Shown: in pieces, positions 54,141-63,791 of the stretch
How the letters are laid out: every line of letters begins with the position of its first letter
Numbering within the stretch: position 1 is the first letter of the stretch
NCBI RefSeq assembly: GCF_006345805.1
Contig: NC_042999.1
Location: 72,106,001 to 72,170,000, forward strand
Source of the DNA: Octopus sinensis
Lineage: Eukaryota
Reading direction: 5' to 3'
DNA length: 64,000 nt
Program-made: the position numbers and the translations under genes
The notes under the pieces: model-generated
What the model was told of the DNA's origin: nothing
The model's input: the letters and a program-made list of their open reading frames with translations, nothing else
Databases searched by the model: none

Positions 54141-55920
54141 CAGCGTGTCGGAAATTTACCCACGTGTGTTGTTATCTGTGATTAGACGTTGAAATTTTGT
54201 TGTGTAAAGTGATTAATATCGCGCAAGGCATTTGCCTCCACGTTTGGAAACCTTCTGAAGAAGGTGAATTGACCCTCTAGTCATGGCGACTTACGCGGGG
54301 GTCACGGGAAAGAATAATAATGATTCGGCAATAATCGTGAAGGATGTTTTCTTTGAGAAAAGTAAAATCAAAGAATATGAAAAGCTATTCAAAAGGGAGG
54401 GTGATAGCGTGAAGCTAATCCCCCCCGCGAAAGCAAAAGAGGACAAGGAAAACAAAACTGTAACGTATAGAACCCAGGACAAAAGTACAAAGAAACTGGC
54501 AAGAGTGGAGATAGCAGAGATCGAAAAATGTCTGGGAGACATAATGGATAAATCGACCTACGTGAGTAGAGAAAAAAATTTGGTACGGTGGAGGTGAGAT
54601 GTGCAACGGAAGAAATTGCAGCCTCACTGGCTACCACTGTTCTAAGAGCGGAAACATTTATAATGTGGCCCTCATACAAGGGAAGAAGAGGGGTCCGGGT
54701 TAAAATCCCGAATATACCCCCAGAAGTAAAAACAGAATGGCTGGCAACAGCTATTCTAGGAGCAGCAGAAGAGGAGTGGAGGTGGAATCCTTTAAGGAGT
54801 CCAACGCAGTAAATTGGAGAGGATATGGGGTAGAACTGTGTTTGATGGCCACAAAAGAGGACATTGAAAGGTTCCCCTATAGAATAGAAATCGAAGACGA
54901 GAAAACCCTCAGTGTAATTGTAGAGGGAAGAAAGCCAAACTGCTACTTGTGCGGGACAAGGGGGCACATTAAAAAAGAGTGCCCGTTATATGAATTCATG
55001 GCGGAGTATGAGAAGGAAAATGAAGAAAAGAAGAATACGGGAAATGAAAAAGAAAACATAGAAAAGGAGACAAAACAACAAGAGAAAGGAAATAATAAGT
55101 CAACGAAGGAAAAAGAAATAAAAGAAAAGAAAGAAATAGAACCAAAACAGAGTCAGGAAAAGAAAAAGGAAAAAGAAACAACAGGAAAAAAACAAGAGAG
55201 AGAACAGAACCAAACGAAAAGAAAAGACGGCACACAAAAAGAAAAGAGGAACATAAAACACGAGAGAAAGAGAGAACAGACAAAGAACCAAAAAGACAAG
55301 AGAAGGAAGAAGAAAGAAAAGAAGGCAAAAAGAGAGAAAGAGAGAAACAAAGAGAGGAGAACAAGAAGAAATAAGCCCGAAAAGAAAAACGAGAGAAAAC
55401 GTAGGACGGAAACAAGATTACTACAAGTTAATAACCTTCCATTCCAGCCCCGAAATGAAGGAATTGACATGTAGTATGGAGGGACATGTGTGGGTCAACA
55501 GGATGACTGATCAGTGGCAGGAGACTGCTCTGATCCCCGAAGAAAGAGTCGCTGAGTTCCTCAGAGCAGCTGGAGAGAGTGTAATTTTTTACACGGGTGT
55601 TCGAGTGAAAGAGCGGCTGCCTGAGGGCTCAGTGATTGACTTTAGAGACTTGAAAAGTATTATGGAATACGTGTGAGATTGTGAGAGGAGAGAGAAGAAA
55701 GAAGAGAAAAAAGAAAAAAAAAAAATTGTGAACTATAGGTGACGAAAATGTAACCTCTCGATTCCGGGGATCGAGTGGGCATTTGCATCTCATTGTAAAT
55801 ATTCTTTCATTTGTCATTTTTATTTTTATTTTTTCCCTTCTTGTCATTTCGCTTTCTTATTTTAAGTTCCCCGATTGTATTGTCCCCTCTATGTTCGCCC
55901 CTTGTGGGTAGTAATAAAAT
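54141..55920 (+). mobile_element. Family A unit A4 (1780 bp)
   Basis: Same termini; ATG 54283, stop 55676. Confidence 0.9.
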
Positions 55921-56062
55921 CAGCGTGTCGGAAATTTACCCACGTGTGTTGTTATCTGTGATTAGACGTTGAAATTTTGTTGTGTAAAGTGATTAATATC
56001 GCGCAAGGCATTTGCCTCCACGTTTGGAAACCTTCTGAAGAAGGTGAATTGACCCTCTAGTC

Positions 56063-57461
56063 ATGGCGACTTACGCGGGGGTCACGGGAAAGAATAATAA
56101 TGATTCGGCAATAATCGTGAAGGATGTTTTCTTTGAGAAAAGTAAAATCAAAGAATATGAAAAGCTATTCAAAAGGGAGGGTGATAGCGTGAAGCTAATC
56201 CCCCCCGCGAAAGCAAAGGAGGACAAGGAAAACAACTGTAACGTATAGAACCCAGGACAAAAGTACAAAGAAACTGGCAAGAGTGGAGATAGCAGAGATC
56301 GAAAAATGTCTGGGAGACATAATGGATAAATCGACCTACGTGAGTAGAGGAAAAAAATTTGGTACGGTGGAGGTGAGATGTGCAACGGAAGAAATTGCAG
56401 CCTCACTGGCTACCACTGTTCTAAGAGCGGAAACATTTATAATGTGGCCCTCATACAAGGGAAGAAGAGGGGTCCGGGTTAAAATCCCGAATATACCCCC
56501 AGAAGTAAAAACAGAATGGCTGGCAACAGCTATTCTAGGAGCAGCAGAAGAGGAAGTGGAGGTGGAATCCTTTAAGGAGTCCAACGCAGTAAATTGGAGA
56601 GGATATGGGGTAGAACTGTGTTTGATGGCCACAAAAGAGGACATTGAAAGGTTCCCCTATAGAATAGAAATCGAAGACGAGAAAACCCTCAGTGTAATTG
56701 TAGAGGGAAGAAAGCCAAACTGCTACTTGTGCGGGACAAGGGGGCACATTAAAAAAGAGTGCCCGTTATATGAATTCATGGCGGAGTATGAGAAGGAAAA
56801 TGAAGAAAAGAAGAATACGGGAAATGAAAAAGAAAACATAGAAAAGGAGACAAAACAACAAGAGAAAGGAAATAATAAGTCAACGAAGGAAAAAGAAATA
56901 AAAGAAAAGAAAAATAATGAACCAAAACAGAGTCAGGAAAAGAAAAAGGAAAAAGAAACAACAGGAAAAAAACAAGAGAGAGAACAGAACCAAACGAAAA
57001 GAAAAGACGGCACACAAAAAGAAAAAGAAAAGGAACATAAAACACGAGAGAAAGAGAGAACAGACAAAGAACCAAAAAGACAAGAGAAGGAAGAAGAAAG
57101 AAAAGAAGGCAAAAAGAGAGAAAGAGAGAAACAAAGAGAGGAGAACAAGGAAGAAATAAGCCCGAAAAGAAAAACGAGAGAAAACGTAGGACGGAAACAA
57201 GATTACTACAAGTTAATAACCTTCCATTCCAGCCCCGAAATGAAGGAATTGACATGTAGTATGGAGGGACATGTGTGGGTCAACAGGATGACTGATCAGT
57301 GGCAGGAGACTGCTCTGATCCCCGAAGAAAGAGTCGCTGAGTTCCTCAGAGCAGCTGGAGAGAGTGTAATTTTTTACACGGGTGTTCGAGTGAAAGAGCG
57401 GCTGCCTGAGGGCTCAGTGATTGACTTTAGAGACTTGAAAAGTATTATGGAATACGTGTGA
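56063..57461 (+). CDS. Gag-like ORF1 protein of family A (~466 aa after restoring a 2-nt deletion near 56233)
   Basis: MATYAGV N-terminus; RRM-like KFGTVEVRCATEEIAASL and VRVKIPNIPPEV; CX2CX4HX4C knuckle CYLCGTRGHIKKEC (56721-56762); K/E-rich linker; SPKRK; ~85-aa C-terminal domain. The 392-aa ORF 56283-57461 is open. Confidence 0.85.
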
Positions 57462-57535
57462 GATTGTGAGAGGAGAGAGAAGAAAGAAGAGAAAAAAGAA
57501 AAAAAAAATTGTGAACTATAGTGACGAAAATGTAA

Positions 57536-57560
57536 CCTCTCGATTCCGGGGATCGAGTGG
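57536..57560 (+). promoter_or_regulatory. Conserved 3' UTR stem-loop (in every A and B unit; B copy at 61268-61292)
   Basis: CC(T/G)CTCGAT-T(C/T)CGGGG-ATCGAG-TGG; the A/B differences keep or add wobble pairs. Confidence 0.6.
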
Positions 57561-57701
57561 GCATTTGCATCTCATTGTAAATATTCTTTCATTTGTCATT
57601 TTTATTTTTATTTTTTCCTTCTTGTCATTTCGCTTTCTTATTTTAAGTTCCCCGATTGTATTGTCCCCTCTATGTTCGCCCCTTGTGGGTAGTAAAAAAA
57701 T

Positions 57702-59483
57702 CAGCGTGTCGGAAATTTACCCACGTGTGTTGTTATCTGTGATTAGACGTTGAAATTTTGTTGTGTAAAGTGATTAATATCGCGCAGGCATTTGCCTCCA
57801 CGTTTGGAAACCTTCTGAAGAAGGTGAATTGACCCTCTAGTCATGGCGACTTACGCGGGGGTCACGGGAAAGAATAATAATGATTCGGCAATAATCGTGA
57901 AGGATGTTTTCTTTGAGAAAAGTAAAATCAAAGAATATGAAAAGCTATTCAAAAGGGAGGGTGATAGCGTGAAGCTAATCCCCCCCGCGAAAGCAAAGGA
58001 GGACAAGGAAAACAAAACTGTAACGTATAGAACCCAGGACAAAAGTACAAAGAAACTGGCAAGAGTGGAGATAGCAGAGATCGAAAAATGTCTGGGAGAC
58101 ATAATGGATAAATCGACCTACGTGAGTAGAGGAAAAAAATTTGGTACGGTGGAGGTGAGATGTGCAACGGAAGAAATTGCAGCCTCACTGGCTACCACTG
58201 TTCTAAGAGCGGAAACATTTATAATGTGGCCCTCATACAAGGGAAGAAGAGGGGTCCGGGTTAAAATCCCGAATATACCCCCAGAAGTAAAAACAGAATG
58301 GCTGGCAACAGCTATTCTATTCTAGGAGCAGCAGAAGAGGAAGTGGAGGTGGAATCCTTTAAGGAGTCCAACGCAGTAAATTGGAGAGGATATGGGGTAG
58401 AACTGTGTTTGATGGCCACAAAAGAGGACATTGAAAGGTTCCCCTATAGAATAGAAATCGAAGACGAGAAAACCCTCAGTGTAATTGTAGAGGGAAGAAA
58501 GCCAAACTGCTACTTGTGCGGGACAGGGGGCACATTAAAAAAGAGTGCCCGTTATATGAATTCATGGCGGAGTATGAGAAGGAAAATGAAGAAAAGAAGA
58601 ATACGGGAAGAAAAAGAAAACATAGAAAAGGAGACAAAACAACAAGAGAAAGGAATAATAAGTCACGAAGGAAAAATAAATAAAAGAAAAGAAAGAAATA
58701 GAACCAAAACAGAGTCAGGAAAAGAAAAAGGAAAAAGAAACAACAGGAAAAAAACAAGAGAGAGAACAGAACCAAACGAAAAGAAAAGACGGCACACAAA
58801 AAGAAAAAGAAAAGGAACATAAAACACGAGAGAAGAGAGAACAGACAAAGAACCAAAAAGACAAGAGAGAATAAAGAAAGAAAAGAAGGCAAAAAGAGAG
58901 AAAGAGAGAAACAAAGAGAGGAGAACAAGGAAGAAATAAGCCCGAAAAGAAAAACGAGAAAACGTAGGACGGAAACAAGATTACTACAAGTAATACCTTC
59001 CATTCCATCCAGCCCCGAAATGAAGGAATTGACATGTAGTATGGAGGGACATGTGTGGGTCAACAGGATGACTGATCAGTGGCAGGAGACTGCTCTGATC
59101 CCCGAAGAAAGAGTCGCTGAGTTCCTCAGAGCAGCTGGAGAGAGTGTAATTTTTTACACGGGTGTTCGAGTGAAAGAGCGGCTGCCTGAGGGCTCAGTGA
59201 TTGACTTTAGAGACTTGAAAAGTATTATGGAATACGTGTGAGATTGTGAGAGGAGAGAGAAGAAAGAAGAGAAAAAAGAAAAAAAAAATTGTGAACTATA
59301 GGTGACGAAAATGTAACCTCTCGATTCCGGGGATCGAGTGGGCATTTGCATCTCATTGTAAATATTCTTTCATTTGTCATTTTTATTTTTATTTTTTCCC
59401 TTCTTGTCATTTCGCTTTCTTATTTTAAGTTCCCCGATTGTATTGTCCCCTCTATGTTCGCCCCTTGTGGGTAGTAATAAAAT
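57702..59483 (+). mobile_element. Family A unit A6 (1782 bp)
   Basis: Same termini; ATG 57843, stop 59241. Confidence 0.9.
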
Positions 59484-61386
59484 CAGCGTGTCGGAAATCT
59501 ATCCACATGTGTTGTGAGTTATTTTGTATGTGAAAATTGAAAAAAAAACTGTTAAAAATTGTCAAAAAATTGAATCGCGCGAGGCGTTTGCCGCTACGTG
59601 TTTGAACCTTTTATAGAAGGTGTGTCGACCCTCAAGTCATGGAGACTTACGCGGGGGTTGCCACAACAAAAAGTGACGAGTCTCTTAGAATAAAAGAAGT
59701 GTTCTTTAGAAAAGAACAATTGAAGGAATACGAGAAGTTTGTCAAAAGGGAGGGTGACAGCGTGAAGCTGGTCCCGCCTGTGGAAACAATAGAAGAGAAA
59801 ATAACAGACGATAACGTATAGAACGCAAGATAGAAACACGAGAAAACTGGTGAGAGTGACGATTGAAGAAATAGAGAAATGTCTGGGGGACATCATGAAA
59901 AAAGCGACTTTTGTAGACAGAGGAAAGAAATATGGTACGGTGGAGGTGAGATGCGCAACAAAGGAAGTGGCGGCCTCATTGGCTTCCACTGTCCTGAAAG
60001 CGGAAAATTTCACCATGTGGCCGACGTATAAAGGAAGACGAGGGGTACGGGTAAGAGTCCCAAAGGTGCCCCCAAATATTAAAACAGAAATGCTGGTAAC
60101 AGCCATTATTGGGGCAGCAAAAGAGGAAGTAGAAATAGGGTCAATTAAGGAGACGAACGTTGTAAATTGGAAGGGATTCGGAGTCGAGTTTTGGCTGATG
60201 GCCACAATGGAAGACATCGAAAGATTTCCCTTCCAAATAGAAATAGAAAACGAGAAAACAATTAGTGTAATAGTGGAAGGCAGAAAACCGAATTGCTACC
60301 TGTGCGGTTCAAGAGGGCACATAAAAAAGGAATGTCCGCTGTATGAATTCACAGCGGAGCAAAAAGAGACACAAAGTGGAGAGAAGGAAAACGAACACGA
60401 AGGAAAGAACAGCGAAAACAAGGAAAAGGAAATAACGGAGAAACAACAAGAGAAGGGAAGTAACAGCGCACTGAAGGAAAATGAAAACAAAGGGAAGAAG
60501 ATAGTAGAAAGGAGCAAAATTCACAGGGTGCAGAAGTAGTGGAGAAGGAGCCAAGCAGCAAGAAGAAAGAAAAGGAAAGTACATTAAGGAAAGAGAAAAA
60601 GCAGAAAAGAACAAGAGAAGGAACAGAACCAAGAGAAAGGAAAGATGGTATGCAAAAAGGAAAAGAAACAACAGGAAAGGAACTTAAGGCACAGGGTAGA
60701 GAGACGGCAGACAAAGAGCCAAAAAGACAAGAGAAGGAAAAGAAAGAAGAGAAAGCAAAAAGAGAAAAGAGAGAAACCGAGGGAGGAGAAAAAAGGGAAG
60801 TAAGTCCTAAGAGAAAAACTAGAGAAAACGTAGGTACGAATAGAAAATTAAAATACTATGGAACGTTGATCCATCACAGGCACTGTGAGGAGATGGAAGA
60901 TTTAATAAGCGTAACAAACGGATATACGTGGGTCAGGATGGGCACCGAATGGAAAAAACAGGTGCACTCGTCCACGAGAACGACGCCGAGGCGTTCATCG
61001 AGGCAGCTGGCAGAACGTGTCAAAACATATGAAATGCCGACTTACAAGGTGGCCTCGAACGATGGAATTTACTCAGATTTGGTAGACATAATGAGTATAT
61101 ATAAAAGAAGGTATTGTGAAAACTTTTAATTGGAAATGATAAAAGAACTTTAATTCGGAAAAAAAAAAGAATGTTGAACTTTGTAAAACTTTTGGAATGT
61201 ATGTTGAAAATGTAAAAATGTTTTATTTGAAATATTGTTGACGAATAAAAATAATGACGAAATGTAACCGCTCGATTTCGGGGATCGAGTGGGCATTGCA
61301 CCACATTGTACAAACTTCATAATTCATTATTCATTTTCCCGATTGTATTGTCCCATCTATGTAGCCCCTAGTGGGTAATAATAAAA
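59484..61386 (+). mobile_element. ORF1-only non-LTR element, family B, unit B1 (1903 bp)
   Basis: Starts CAGCGTGTCGGAAATC; ends GTGGGTAATAATAAAA; diverged paralogue of A with no ORF2. Confidence 0.88.
59639..61104 (+). CDS. Gag-like ORF1 of family B (frameshifted as assembled)
   Basis: METYAGV..., KYGTVEVRCATKEV, CYLCGSRGHIKKEC, SPKRKTRENVG; the second read (61761-61910) gives ...AFIEAAG...YSDLVDIMEYI*. Confidence 0.8.
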
Positions 61387-61660
61387 CAAGCGTGTCGGAA
61401 TCAATTTTTTGCGTTATTGTGAGTTGATGTATTTTTGCTCTCGTACTGTTGTCTCTGTTATTGTGTACTGTTGGTCTGCCTGTTTGTCTTTGCTTGTTGT
61501 CGACTGACGAAGTCAGCCTTCGCGCGAACTTCGCGTTGGTGTTCCCCCTCAGTGGGGAGAACTACAATTGGTTTGGATTTACCAAGGCTTGTTTAGCCAT
61601 TTGTTCAAGATGGAGTCCCCCATCTCTTGTTCGCCCGTGACGAGCGAGGATGGTCCCGGC
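61387..61660 (+). mobile_element. 5' end of a family C element, cut by the gap
   Basis: CAAGCGTGTCGGAA start; near-identical to 62201-62482. Confidence 0.8.
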
Positions 61661-61760
61661 NNNNNNNNNNNNNNNNNNNNNNNNNNNNNNNNNNNNNNNN
61701 NNNNNNNNNNNNNNNNNNNNNNNNNNNNNNNNNNNNNNNNNNNNNNNNNNNNNNNNNNNN
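61661..61760. other. Assembly gap (100 N)
   Basis: Run of N. Confidence 1.
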
Positions 61761-62200
61761 ACAGGTGCACTCGTCCACGAGAACGACGCCGAGGCGTTCA
61801 TCGAGGCAGCTGGCAAGAACGTGTCAAAACATATGAAATGCCGACTTACAAGGTGGCCTCGAACGATGGAAGTTTACTCAGATTTGGTAGACATAATGGA
61901 GTATATATAAAGAAAAGGTATTGTGAAAACTTTAATTTGGAAATGATAAAAAGAACTTTAAATTCGGAAAAAAAAAAAGAAATGTTGAACTTTGTAAAAC
62001 TTTTGGAATGTATGTTGAAACTATAAAATGTTTTATTTGGAAAATATTGTTGACGAATAAAAAATAAATGACGAAATGTAACCGCTCGATTTCGGGGATC
62101 GAGTGGGCATTGCACCACATTGTACAAACTTCATAATTCATTATTCATTTTCCCGATTGTATTGTCCCATCTATGTAGCCCCTAGTGGGTAATAATAAAA
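61761..62200 (+). mobile_element. 3' part of family B (B2), possibly the same locus as 60959-61386
   Basis: Near-identical to the B1 3' end apart from small indels. Confidence 0.8.
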
Positions 62201-62430
62201 CAAGCGTGTCGGAAATCAATTTTTTGCGTTATTGGTGAGTTGATGTATTTTTGCTCTCGTACTGTTGTCTCTGTTATTGTGTACTGTTGGTCTGCCTGTT
62301 TTGTCTATTGTTGTCTGACTGACGAAGTCAGTCTTCGCGCGAAGACTTCGCGTTGGTGTTCCCCCCTCAGTGGGGGAGAACTACAATTGGTTTGGATTTA
62401 CCAAAGGCTTGTTAGGGCCATTTGTTCAAG

Positions 62431-63791
62431 ATGGAGTCCCCCATCTCTTGTTCGCCCGTGACGAGCGAGGATGAGTGCCCGGCGTTGTCGCCAAGAAAAA
62501 AAGAGGCGTTGTCGCCGAAGAAAAAAGAGGCGGCGTCGCCCAGGAGAGTGGAAGGACCAGTACCAGCATCGGCTCCAGCAGGGAAATTCGCTGAAGTGGC
62601 TGGGAGGAGGATCAAAGGGATAGATGTGGAAAGTTTTAAAAGATTTGCAGACTGTGTAGAGGGGGAGGGCACAGAGGTGACTGTGGCCACAAGCATACAA
62701 ATACATGACGATGTGGAAGGGGAAAGAATGATATATGGAACTTACGACACAGCGAGGGGAATGATCCAAAGAATCGAAGAGAAGATGGAGTTTTGTCTAG
62801 AACCTTTTATGGATAGAGTAACGTATATAAGCGGAGGAGAGAGGTGCGGCACGGTGGAGGTGCGTTTTGCTACGGAGGAGATGGCGAAGAAACTGTCGAT
62901 GGAGCCGATCAAAGCGGAAAGCATTGTCTTACTACCATTGTATAGAGGAAGGGGGACGTCGAGAATTTCAATGAACAACATACCGCCGGAGGCAGATGCT
63001 GAATGTCTGGTGGCTGCAGTGATGGTGGGTCTGGAGGAAGAAATAAACATCCTCCAGGCCACAGTGGAGGAGGAGGAGTTTTGGAAGGGGCGGAGAATAG
63101 TGATGGCCATTCGGGCGGAGGTGCAAACACTGGAAGAAGTTCCAGAAAAGGTAGAGATTGGTGAAGACGAGAAAGTGGCAGTTTTCGCGGAGGGCAGGAG
63201 GCCGAGGTGCTTCGGCTGCGGCAAGAAGGGTCATGTAAGGGCGGAATGCCAACCCAAACCCAAACCGCAGAAAGCACCTAAGCCAAAAGAGAGGGAGGAT
63301 AGTGTGTCGCCGGAAGCAGCGTCGGACGGCCCAGAGGGGAAGACTGAAGGTGTGGAGGTGACGGTGACAGCGGAGCCAGCGGCGGAGGAGGGAAGGAGCG
63401 AGGAAAAGATAAATGAGGAGGGGTGGGCGAAAATTACCGGAAAAAAAAAAGAAAAACGGAAACCACCCCTCCCAGAGTGGTTTTAATGGGGAAGGAGGAG
63501 TCAATGAACTCGTATATGGCCGTAAGGGCGGCAAATGGCAGACTCGGAAGCGTGTTGGCGGCTGTGGCCAGGGTGGAGAGGGTAGTGAGGAAGAACGACT
63601 TTGTAATTTGCAGAATGGGCCGGAGGGATTGCGGGCGGATGGAGTCAGAAATCTTCCATGACGTAGGCCCACTTAGATTGGATGTGACATCTCCACATAT
63701 ATTCGATGGCCTACGTCAGACTCCCCCGCGAGGCCCGGAAGAGGAGTTGGAAGAACAGGAGAGGACCGAACCACTGATGTGGGGTAAGTAA
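62431..63791 (+). CDS. ORF1 of family C (Gag-like, CCHC knuckle); one frameshift at the A10 run 63441-63450
   Basis: RCGTVEVRFATEEMA, RISMNNIPPE and EGRRPRCFGCGKKGHVRAEC (knuckle 63208-63249) align to A/B. The frame of 63423-63791 continues to a TAA overlapping the ORF2 ATG. Confidence 0.8.

Larger units (their letters stand above)
55921..57701 (+). mobile_element. Family A unit A5 (1781 bp)
   Basis: Same termini; ATG 56063, stop 57461. Confidence 0.9.

Noticed and set aside
49455-59063. Long F/L/S-rich minus-strand ORFs
   Set aside because: Antisense shadows of the purine-rich K/E linker, not membrane proteins.
48843-61386. LTR retrotransposon/endogenous retrovirus gag, or a tandem host gene family
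   Set aside because: No LTRs, PBS, protease or integrase. The ORF is intronless, ends in a retroposon-like AATAAAA terminus and is homologous to ORF1 of the adjacent APE-encoding element.
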